From the NCBI GenBank assembly GCA_035561515.1, contig DATMXP010000018.1, positions 104,681 to 168,680 on the forward strand: a stretch of 64,000 bases of DNA, given 5' to 3'. The translations under genes and the position numbers were made by a program. This DNA comes from Terriglobales bacterium. GTDB taxonomy: Bacteria > Acidobacteriota > Terriglobia > Terriglobales > Acidobacteriaceae. Below the pieces are notes generated by a model. That model worked only from the letters and a program-made list of their open reading frames with translations, was not told the origin of the DNA and ran no database searches. Positions 1 through 7,881 of the stretch are shown here, piece by piece (positions within the stretch are counted from its first letter, which is position 1; each line of letters starts with the position of its first letter).

Positions 1-1
1 A

Positions 2-1645
2 TCGCCAGCGGCAGCTACGGGTGGCAAGGTCCCGGACAAAGTCAATTTCGTTTTGCCCGAGAACATCCCCGTCATGAAACAACCCAGCGATATGTCCTGC
101 TGGGCAACCGTCGCCACCATGATGGTCAACTGGAAGGAGCAACCTGCAACTCCTTACACCATTGAGGAAGTCCTAACCCGGGCTGGCCAAGAATACCTGC
201 AGAAATTCAAGAACGGTGCTGGGCTGGCGCGATCTGAGAAGTTGGCGTTCCTCAGCGCTCTTGGCATGGCTCCGGATGAGGGCAATTTCCAAAGCAACAA
301 CTACGACTACTACCTCGAAAAGCTCAAAGCCTACGGGCCACTTTGGGTGACAGTCGACGTGTCCGACACTGAACTTGCCGCCCACGCAAAAATCATCCGC
401 GGCATACGCGGTGACGGCACACCCACAGGAACCTCGCTGTTGATCATTGATCCCAACGGAGGGAAGACCTATGAGGAAACCTTCCAGCAATTCACCAAGG
501 AGTACGAGGACGTCGTTCGCGAAACTCCTGCTGGAGCCGACCTCTTCATCCAGATCGTTCGGTTCGGTGATCAGCGTGCCGTCGATGAAGAGGGGAGATC
601 TCAACCTCAACAACGCCGCCAACTGATCAACGCCTTCATCCCGAATGATGACAAGACCGTTGTCGTGAATATGATCGAATACCCATTCGATCCGGGTAAC
701 TTCAGGAACTACAAGAACTGGAAGACAGATCCCAAGGTTCAGCACAACGACATCTGGAACGACAAGCAACTCAGGCAGGTCGACAAAATCAATCAGATCG
801 CCATACACGAAACAGGATCTGAAGGTGAAGGCGCTTTCATGAAGCCGTACACTGCGCACCTCGCGGTTCTGCGCAACGGCAACATCGTTCAGTTCAACGA
901 CCTGGTCGAGATGGAGTACCACATCTCTGCATTCAACGATCACTCGATCGGAATCGAATTCGCGAACCTTTCCTGGGTTCCCGACGCCAAGGCCACAGCG
1001 GCAACGCTACAGGACAAGTACAAAGATGAAGACAAATACCTGGCAGTGTTCTGGGGAGAAGGCCGAAACGTTTACACCCTTCCAAGCGTGACTCAGCTCG
1101 ACAGGCTAGTCGAGTTGCTAACGTGGCTTGTCAGTTTCAATTCTCCTCCAGATCCGTTCAATCCCCGCCCGCACTTCGATCAGATGTGGCATCAACTCGT
1201 CTCTTACGACGACGTAAGCGGCGTATGGGATTTTCCGGCCGCCAGCATCCCGGCCACAGCTGCCGATAAGGCGAAGAAGCGTTACTTCATCATGACCTTC
1301 GGTCACCGCTATCTGACGCCGGACAATTTCCTCGATACATCCGGCATCATTTGCCACGCCACGGTAGCGAGGAATGCGGCCTACTTCACGGCGTGTGATC
1401 ACGTAGATGGAGCGCTGCCATCGCTGTACGCATGCCTTCGTATGGTTAAAAACAAAAACTCATCCGCGGCCTACGATTTGATGAAGGACCTGATGAAAAA
1501 CAAGTTCCTGAAAGTGAAAACCATTCAGACGGTTCCTATCCGGGCCACCAACAGTCAATGTGCGGAAATCATCGAGAACAATGCGCCCAAGATCGTGAAC
1601 AACATAAAGCGCGACGTTGTCCTCGTCGATTTGGATGGGATTTAA
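2..1645 (+). CDS. 5'-truncated cell-wall hydrolase/toxin-like protein: papain-like cysteine peptidase (C39/C70-like) domain fused to an N-acetylmuramoyl-L-alanine amidase (Amidase_2/PGRP) domain
   Basis: The frame is open from nt 2 with no stop before the first start-like codon (TTG at 53). N-domain motifs are QPSDMSCWATVATMM (catalytic Cys) and AHAKIIRGIRG...LLIIDPNGG (His/Asp). C-domain motifs IAIHETGS...YHISAFNDHSIGIEFAN are typical of Amidase_2. Confidence 0.6.
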   Translation, partial: SPAAATGGKVPDKVNFVLPENIPVMKQPSDMSCWATVATMMVNWKEQPATPYTIEEVLTRAGQEYLQKFKNGAGLARSEKLAFLSALGMAPDEGNFQSNNYDYYLEKLKAYGPLWVTVDVSDTELAAHAKIIRGIRGDGTPTGTSLLIIDPNGGKTYEETFQQFTKEYEDVVRETPAGADLFIQIVRFGDQRAVDEEGRSQPQQRRQLINAFIPNDDKTVVVNMIEYPFDPGNFRNYKNWKTDPKVQHNDIWNDKQLRQVDKINQIAIHETGSEGEGAFMKPYTAHLAVLRNGNIVQFNDLVEMEYHISAFNDHSIGIEFANLSWVPDAKATAATLQDKYKDEDKYLAVFWGEGRNVYTLPSVTQLDRLVELLTWLVSFNSPPDPFNPRPHFDQMWHQLVSYDDVSGVWDFPAASIPATAADKAKKRYFIMTFGHRYLTPDNFLDTSGIICHATVARNAAYFTACDHVDGALPSLYACLRMVKNKNSSAAYDLMKDLMKNKFLKVKTIQTVPIRATNSQCAEIIENNAPKIVNNIKRDVVLVDLDGI

Positions 1646-1668
1646 GCCTGGGTTCCTAAATGGCAGAT

Positions 1669-1693
1669 GCCAGCGAGATTACTTCTCGCTGGC
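1669..1693 (+). terminator. Stem-loop (9-bp perfect stem GCCAGCGAG/CTCGCTGGC) 24 nt after the stop codon; no U-tract
   Basis: Inverted repeat read directly from the sequence. The position suits a terminator, but the lack of a T-run lowers confidence. Confidence 0.3.
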
Positions 1694-1816
1694 GCTGCCG
1701 TCCCGGCATGTCAGCCAAGTGCGCCGAGAAAGGGAATAGACAGCGATCTTTGTCATCCACTCCCCATGTGCCCTCTGCGAATCCATTGCCATCCGCGGAA
1801 CATCTCAATAATCATC

Positions 1817-1978
1817 ATGGCAAAGAAAATCTCAGCCGACCACCACACCCCCGAGGAAGACCAGATCATTCGTGAGCGCACGCTCGACAAGACGATCGCC
1901 GACTCCTTTCCCGCCAGCGACCCTCCGTCGAGCAATCCCGATCCACACGACGAAGACGTCCTGATAGAAGCCGCCTGA
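1817..1978 (+). CDS. Small conserved hypothetical protein (53 aa) with a DSFPASDPP motif
   Basis: An internal ATG of the 1667..1978 ORF gives MAKKISADHH...LDKTIADSFPASDPPSS. The (D/E)xFPASDP motif recurs in small proteins of many soil bacteria (from memory). Third codon positions are GC-rich. No clear SD. Confidence 0.5.
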   Translation: MAKKISADHHTPEEDQIIRERTLDKTIADSFPASDPPSSNPDPHDEDVLIEAA

Positions 1979-2219
1979 GACATACGCTCTTCCAGTCGGG
2001 CTTCGATTGTCGCTAAGTCTCTGAAAAAACTGGCCCATAGCCGTTTTCTGCCCCTCCCTTCAGTGGTTAGGATTCCCATTCAATCCCCGAAAATCCCCGT
2101 TCACCGCTTTGTGGATGAGTAATTTGACCTGTATGTCAACAATATGGGCACTGCGACCATGAGGATGGCAGCGCAGGCAGAGTACTACCTAACCAGCTTC
2201 AAGTGCGAAAGGTGATGGC

Positions 2220-4031
2220 ATGAGCACTTCGACTCATCCGGCTACCAGCGGCGGACTGGTGCAGATTGCGCCCAATGATGTACCCAACGGGCGTTCCCTC
2301 GACACTGCGACCCTAGAAGAACTTATTCGCGAACGCGTAGCAGCAGAACGCGCTCGACTCGAACAGCAAGCCGGACTGGTTCACAAACAAGTTCACCACT
2401 TCCACAAGCCCATTGAACGGCCCTTCACAGCCGACCAGCGCGCAAGAACCACGCTGCTCTTCGGCGGACTCACGTGGAAGCACGAGAAACTCGTCCACGG
2501 TGCCCTTGAAGGCCTCGGCTACAAGTGTGAAGTAGTCCCAACGCCCAACGTAGCGGCGTTCCAGCTCGGCAAAGAGTACGGCAACAACGGCCAATGCAAT
2601 CCGACGTACTTCACCGTCGGCAACCTCGTTCAATATCTTCAGAAGCTTGAAGAGTCCGGCGTTCGCCGCGAAGACCTCATCAACAACTACATTTTCCTGA
2701 CCGCCGGCGCGTGCGGTCCGTGCCGTTTCGGCATGTATGAGGCCGAGTATCGGCTCGCGCTCCGCAACTCCGGTTACGACGGCTTCCGCGTCATCCTCTT
2801 CCAACAGTCGGGCGGACTCAACCAGTCCGATGCCGAAGCTGGACTGGAGATGAACCTCGACTTCTTCCTCAACCTGCTGAACGCGCTGAATATGGGCGAC
2901 ATCGTCAATGAAGTCGCGTACCAGATCCGCGGGTTCGAGGTGAACGCCGGCGAAACCGACGGCATCCTGGAAGAGTCAATCGACTACCTCCATGAAGTCC
3001 TCAAGAAGAAGTCTCCGTGGAAGGTCGAAGACGGACTCGGCAAGATTGGCAAGAACATGCCGATGAAGGGAACCGTCGAGTACCTCGGCAAGTTCATCAA
3101 CCAGCTTGTCAGCGACGACTACATGGAAGCGCTGAACCACGTCCGCGATCGCTACAACACGATCCAGGTCGACCGCTTCCGCGTGAAGCCGATCGTGAAG
3201 ATCACCGGCGAATTCTGGGCGCAGACCACCGAAGGTGACGGCAACTTCAACATGTTCCAGTTCCTGCACCGTGAAGGCGCGCAGGTGATCGTGGAGCCGA
3301 TCGGCACCTGGATCATGTACATGATCCACCAGGTAGTCCAGAAAATCAGGGACATGCGCGGCCTCGAAGAGGGCGCGGTCATGCCTCCGAAGTGGCGCCT
3401 CGACAAGCAGGCAAAGATCGAGTGGAACTACCGTCAGAAGCTGATGAAGCTGAAAGCAGCCGAAGTCATCTTTGCGCGTGAATACCACCGCATCATCGAC
3501 GCGCTCGGTGGCACAGCTCACCGCCTGGTTGATCAGTACGAACTCCAGCGGCTCGGACATCCCTACTACAACTCGCGTGCGGGTGGCGGTGAAGGTCACC
3601 TCGAAGTCGCGAAGAACATTTACTACACCAACAAAGAGCTGGCGCACATGGTGCTGTCGCTGAAGCCCTTCGGCTGCATGCCTTCCACGCAGTCAGACGG
3701 CGCTCAGTCGGCGGTCGTGTCGCACTACAAGGACATGATCTTCCTTCCGATCGAAACGTCGGGTGAAGGCGAGATCAACGCGCATAGCCGTGTGCAGATG
3801 GCGCTCGGCGAAGCCAAGGCCAAGGCGAAGCTGGAGTTCGCGGAAGTCGTGAAGAACACCGGCAAGACGCTCGAAGAGCTGAAGGCTTACGTCGAACAAC
3901 GTCCGGAGATGCAGAAGGCGCTGTATCACGTTCCCAAGTACAAGGGCGTGATCGGCACCGCGGCGAACTTCGCGATCCACGTTGCAGAAGCGATGGGCGC
4001 GAAGACTCCGTACCACCAGGAAGCGCACTAA
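2220..4031 (+). CDS. HAD/BCR-family (DUF2229-type) subunit, partner of the fused activase; PlsR/PlsA-partner-like
   Basis: Three spaced Cys motifs GQCNPTYF, ACGPCRFGMY and KPFGCMPS, the same pattern as the C-terminal module of the next gene. SD GAAAGGTGA lies before the ATG. Confidence 0.7.
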   Translation: MSTSTHPATSGGLVQIAPNDVPNGRSLDTATLEELIRERVAAERARLEQQAGLVHKQVHHFHKPIERPFTADQRARTTLLFGGLTWKHEKLVHGALEGLGYKCEVVPTPNVAAFQLGKEYGNNGQCNPTYFTVGNLVQYLQKLEESGVRREDLINNYIFLTAGACGPCRFGMYEAEYRLALRNSGYDGFRVILFQQSGGLNQSDAEAGLEMNLDFFLNLLNALNMGDIVNEVAYQIRGFEVNAGETDGILEESIDYLHEVLKKKSPWKVEDGLGKIGKNMPMKGTVEYLGKFINQLVSDDYMEALNHVRDRYNTIQVDRFRVKPIVKITGEFWAQTTEGDGNFNMFQFLHREGAQVIVEPIGTWIMYMIHQVVQKIRDMRGLEEGAVMPPKWRLDKQAKIEWNYRQKLMKLKAAEVIFAREYHRIIDALGGTAHRLVDQYELQRLGHPYYNSRAGGGEGHLEVAKNIYYTNKELAHMVLSLKPFGCMPSTQSDGAQSAVVSHYKDMIFLPIETSGEGEINAHSRVQMALGEAKAKAKLEFAEVVKNTGKTLEELKAYVEQRPEMQKALYHVPKYKGVIGTAANFAIHVAEAMGAKTPYHQEAH

Positions 4032-4037
4032 GACTCT

Positions 4038-4202
4038 TCACCACAGAGGCACAGAGACACAGAGAAGGATTCAGAAAAAGCTCTGTGCTCTGTGCTGATG
4101 GTGATTTCAGGCTTCGGTGGTTGCGATGTTCAACCAAAAACAAGGCTCAGGGTTAGTGGTTTTTCTAGTCGATTTCTCAGTGACTCTGTGCCTCTGTGGT
4201 GA
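4038..4202. repeat. Nested palindromic extragenic element (CACAGAG-type REP/MITE-like) inside the operon spacer
   Basis: Perfect 19-bp inverted repeat TCACCACAGAGGCACAGAG (4038-4056) / CTCTGTGCCTCTGTGGTGA (4184-4202). A third, reverse-oriented degenerate copy lies at about 4080-4104. Confidence 0.7.
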
Positions 4203-4220
4203 GCGGTTTAAGGGAGCGAA

Positions 4221-7200
4221 ATGCCAGGACTGACTGAAAAAGCCAATCCGCAAAAGAAGTACGACTTGCTCTGGATGGGTGTGGACGTAGGCTCCACCAC
4301 CGTGAAGATCACGGTCGTCGACAACGAGACCGACGAGATCCTCTGGGCTGATTACCAGCGCCACGAGACAAAGCAGCCCGAGAAGCTGCTCGAGATGCTG
4401 CACCAGATCAAGAACGACCTGCCCAGCACGCCGTACGAGAACTTCCGCGTGTTCATCACCGGTTCCGGCGGTTCGGGGATTTCCAAGCACATCGGTGCGA
4501 AGTTCGTTCAGGAAGTGAACGCGGTTTCGCTCGCCGTGGAAAAGCTCTATCCAGAGTGCGGTTCGGTGATCGAACTCGGCGGCCAGGACGCGAAGATCAT
4601 CATCTTCAAGGAAGATCCCGAGACCGGCAAAAAGAAGAAGCTGCCGTCCATGAACGACAAGTGCGCGGGCGGCACTGGCGCCGTAATCGACAAGATCAAC
4701 GCCAAGCTGCGCATTCCGGCCGACCAGCTTTGCCAGATGGGCTACGAAGGTCTGAAGCTGCATCCCGTCGCCGGCAAGTGCGGCGTCTTCGCCGAAACCG
4801 ACATTAACGGCCTGCAAAAACAGGGCGTTCCGGCCGACGAGCTGATGGCTTCGCTCTTCGAATCCATCATCCAGCAGAACCTCTCGGTTCTCACGCGTGG
4901 CAACACGCTGCGTCCCACGGTGCTCTTGCTTGGTGGTCCGAATTGCTACATCAAGGGCATGCGCGACTGCTGGAAGCACAACATCCCGAAAATCTGGGAA
5001 GAGCGCAATTACCCGCTGCCCGAAGGCGTGGATCCGAAAGACCTCATCAAGACTCCTGATAACGCGCAGTACTTCGCCTGTATCGGCGCGGTGGAGTTCG
5101 GCAAGAACGAAGATCCCGGACTCGGCACCTATCTCGGCTTCGAAAAGCTCGAGTGGTACATCACGGAAGGTCGTGCGCAGGAAAAGGCGAAAAAGGGTGG
5201 TGCGCAGGCGCTCGCCAAATCGCCCGAAGAACTCGCAGCCTTCAAGCAGAAGTACGCTAAGAAGAAGTTCGTGCCGACCACCTTCCAGCCCGGACAGGTA
5301 GTGGAAGGTTTTATCGGTATCGACGGCGGCTCAACTTCCACGAAGGCTGTGCTCGTGGACAAAGACCGCAACATTCTCTGCAAGACCTACCAGCTTTCGC
5401 GCGGCAACCCAATTGAAGACACGCAGGAAGTTCTGGCGAAGGTCGGCAAGCAGGTTACCGATCAGGGCGCCACGCTCAAGATCATGGGCGTCGGCACCAC
5501 CGGTTACGCGAAGGACATCCTGAAAGATGCCGTCGGGGCTGACGTTGCGCTCGTCGAAACCGTCGCGCACACGCAGGCCGCGTTGCACTTCTATCCAGAT
5601 GCGGATGTGATCTGCGACGTGGGCGGTCAGGACATCAAGATCATCATCCTGAAAGATGGCCGCGTAAAAGATTTCAAGCTCAACACGCAATGCTCCGCCG
5701 GCAACGGATACTTCCTGCAAGGCACGTGCGAAGGCTTCGGCTTCAAGGTCGAGGACTTCGCTGACATCGCCTTCAACGCGAAGGGCTATCCGCAATTCGG
5801 TTACGGCTGCGCGGTGTTCATGCAGTCCGACATCGTGGACTTCCAGCGCCAGGGGTGGAAGCCGGAAGAAATCATGGCCGGGCTTTGCAACGTATTGCCG
5901 AAGAACATTTGGCTGTACGTGTCGCAGATTCCGAACCTGTCGGCGATCGGCCGCAAGTTTGTGTTGCAGGGTGGTACGCAGCACAACATGGCCGCCGTGA
6001 AGTCGCAGGTTGACTTCATCGAGTCGCGCTTCAAGGGTAAGGAAGTTCAGCCAGAAGTCATCGTGCACCAGCATTGCGGCGAGGCGGGCGCAATCGGGTG
6101 CGCGTTTGAAGCCGTGCGTTTATGGGAGAACGGCAAACAGACCGAGTTCATCGGCCTCGAAGGCGTTGCTTCCATCACCTACACGACTACCCGTGAAGAG
6201 AACACGCGCTGTTATTTCTGCAAGAACAAGTGCCTGCGCACATTCATCGACGTGAAAACGGCGGTACCGAACCCGAACTACAAGCCGCCGGTGAAGACCA
6301 AGGTTCCGCTCGCTCCGGGTGCACAGCGACTCATCATCGCCACCTGTGAAAAGGGAACCGTCGAAAACGTCGAAGAGATGCGCGTCATTAAGGGCAACAT
6401 CGACGCCATCAAGAAAGAAAACCCGAACCTCGTCGAGATCGCGGCCAAGAAGGCGTTCACGTCCTACGAGCCGCCGGTCATCGCCGACCCGCTCCCGAAA
6501 CTTCAGATCACGAAAGCGCAAAAAGAACGTGCCGAGAAGATGAAGAACCGTGCCGAGCTACGTATCGGCATGCCCCGCGCACTCAACATGTATTCGTGCG
6601 GGCCATTCTTCACCGCCTACTTTGAGTCGCTGGGTGTAAAGGCCGAGAACATTTTCTGGTCCGAGTACACCAACGAGCAGCTTTACAAGGAAGGCGCGAA
6701 GCGCGGCGCCATCGACCCGTGCTTCCCGTCGAAGGTCGGTATACCGCACGTGCACAACTTGCTGTACTCGGTCCATCCGAAGAAGAAGCTCGACATCATC
6801 TTCTTCCCGATGATCGACTCGCTGCCCACCTTCCTCACGCACACTCAGTCGCAACGCGCATGTCCGACGGTAACGGCTACTCCGGCATCCGTGAAGGCGG
6901 CGTTCACGAAGGAAGGCAATATCTTCGAGGAGAAGGGCGTCATCTGGAAAGACACACTCACCTGTCTCCACGATGAGAAGATCATCCACCGCCAGATGTT
7001 CGACGACTGGAAAGATATCCTCGGCCTCTCCGAAGAAGAAAACTATAAGGCTATCGAAGCCGGACTCGCCGCTATGCGCAAGTTCGACGACGACGTCATG
7101 CGTGGCACCGCTCGTGAAGTCCTGAAGCGGCTCGAAGCCGAAGATCGTCTCGGCATCGTGCTCCTCGGACGTCCGTACCACAACGATCCTGGTATCAACC

Positions 7201-7817
7201 ACGAGATCCTGGAGGAGTTCCAGAAACTCGGCTACCCGGTCTTCTCGCAGGATTCGCTCCCGCTCGATGACGAAATCGTCTGGAAGCTGTTTGGCGACGA
7301 AGTGAAAGCCGGGCACATCCAGCATCCGATGGACGTCAGCGACGCGTGGAAGAACTCGTACTCCGAGAACACCACGCGCAAGGTCTGGGCCGCGAAGTAC
7401 GTCGCGCGGCATCCGAACCTTGTCGCCCTTGAGCTATCCAGCTTCAAGTGCGGTCACGACGCGCCCATCTATACCACGATCGAAGAAATCGTGGAGCACT
7501 CGGGCACGCCGTACTTCTGCTTCAAGGACATCGACGAGAACAAGCCCAGCGGCTCCATCAAGATCCGCGTGGAAACCATCGGCTACTTCCTGAAGCGGTA
7601 TCGCGAAGACATGGTTCGCAACAAGCACAAGAAGTTCACCATTGACGAGCAGCTCAAGAACTTCGAAGAGCAGTTGCGTCACGAGCTTCGCCTTGCTGCA
7701 AGCCTCGGCGGCGAAAAGGGAAGCTGTGGCACCCACAGCAACGCCCCCGCCGAACTGGTAGCGATTCAGGGAGCCCAACCCGTCGGCAATGAAATGGTTG
7801 AGATGGCAGGCGACTAA
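4221..7817 (+). CDS. Fusion protein: two BcrAD/BadFG-type ATPase (activase) domains + Cys-rich linker + DUF2229 HAD/BCR-like module (PlsA-like)
   Basis: Phosphate-1 motifs GVDVGSTTVKI and GIDGGSTSTKAV. Cluster Cys pairs DKCAGGTG/GKCGVFAE and TQCSAGNG/YGCAVFMQS. Linker RCYFCKNKC...ATCEKG. C-terminal motifs DPCFPSK, RACPTV and FKCGHD. SD AAGGGAG. Confidence 0.8.
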   Translation: MPGLTEKANPQKKYDLLWMGVDVGSTTVKITVVDNETDEILWADYQRHETKQPEKLLEMLHQIKNDLPSTPYENFRVFITGSGGSGISKHIGAKFVQEVNAVSLAVEKLYPECGSVIELGGQDAKIIIFKEDPETGKKKKLPSMNDKCAGGTGAVIDKINAKLRIPADQLCQMGYEGLKLHPVAGKCGVFAETDINGLQKQGVPADELMASLFESIIQQNLSVLTRGNTLRPTVLLLGGPNCYIKGMRDCWKHNIPKIWEERNYPLPEGVDPKDLIKTPDNAQYFACIGAVEFGKNEDPGLGTYLGFEKLEWYITEGRAQEKAKKGGAQALAKSPEELAAFKQKYAKKKFVPTTFQPGQVVEGFIGIDGGSTSTKAVLVDKDRNILCKTYQLSRGNPIEDTQEVLAKVGKQVTDQGATLKIMGVGTTGYAKDILKDAVGADVALVETVAHTQAALHFYPDADVICDVGGQDIKIIILKDGRVKDFKLNTQCSAGNGYFLQGTCEGFGFKVEDFADIAFNAKGYPQFGYGCAVFMQSDIVDFQRQGWKPEEIMAGLCNVLPKNIWLYVSQIPNLSAIGRKFVLQGGTQHNMAAVKSQVDFIESRFKGKEVQPEVIVHQHCGEAGAIGCAFEAVRLWENGKQTEFIGLEGVASITYTTTREENTRCYFCKNKCLRTFIDVKTAVPNPNYKPPVKTKVPLAPGAQRLIIATCEKGTVENVEEMRVIKGNIDAIKKENPNLVEIAAKKAFTSYEPPVIADPLPKLQITKAQKERAEKMKNRAELRIGMPRALNMYSCGPFFTAYFESLGVKAENIFWSEYTNEQLYKEGAKRGAIDPCFPSKVGIPHVHNLLYSVHPKKKLDIIFFPMIDSLPTFLTHTQSQRACPTVTATPASVKAAFTKEGNIFEEKGVIWKDTLTCLHDEKIIHRQMFDDWKDILGLSEEENYKAIEAGLAAMRKFDDDVMRGTAREVLKRLEAEDRLGIVLLGRPYHNDPGINHEILEEFQKLGYPVFSQDSLPLDDEIVWKLFGDEVKAGHIQHPMDVSDAWKNSYSENTTRKVWAAKYVARHPNLVALELSSFKCGHDAPIYTTIEEIVEHSGTPYFCFKDIDENKPSGSIKIRVETIGYFLKRYREDMVRNKHKKFTIDEQLKNFEEQLRHELRLAASLGGEKGSCGTHSNAPAELVAIQGAQPVGNEMVEMAGD

Positions 7818-7833
7818 CCAACGAACTCGCACG

Positions 7834-7867
7834 AAAAACCCTCGGGTCCGCCCGAGGGTTTTTCGTT
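7834..7867. terminator. Bidirectional rho-independent terminator between convergent genes
   Basis: AAAAA-CCCTCGGG-tccg-CCCGAGGG-TTTTT, with A- and T-tracts on both sides. Confidence 0.75.
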
Positions 7868-7881
7868 ACAGCAACCCACTC

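Noticed and set aside
173-943. 256-aa minus-strand ORF inside the peptidase/amidase gene
   Set aside because: It is a shadow ORF antisense to a frame that carries clear catalytic motifs. The translation is V/L/R-rich with no recognisable motif.
1753-2079. 108-aa minus-strand ORF considered as a possible immunity gene for the hydrolase
   Set aside because: It is antisense to the FPASDP-motif small gene and has an S/G/R-rich, low-complexity translation. It has no SD or signal features.
2220-7817. Interpretation as a benzoyl-CoA reductase or a 2-hydroxyacyl-CoA dehydratase for aromatic or amino-acid fermentation
   Set aside because: No CoA-transferase or ligase, ferredoxin, or downstream pathway genes are nearby. 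The activase is fused in tandem to a DUF2229-type module rather than present as separate BcrA/D or HgdC. The genome context is respiratory (heme A). This is not excluded, only judged less likely than a PlsA/PlsR-like role.
2313-7832. Series of long minus-strand ORFs (e.g. 2976..3647, 4107..4979, 5331..6074, 6558..7412, 7434..7832) across the set-1 genes
   Set aside because: All are antisense to plus-strand frames with strong domain motifs. The pattern is typical of GC-rich coding DNA, with Arg/Leu/Val/His-rich translations.
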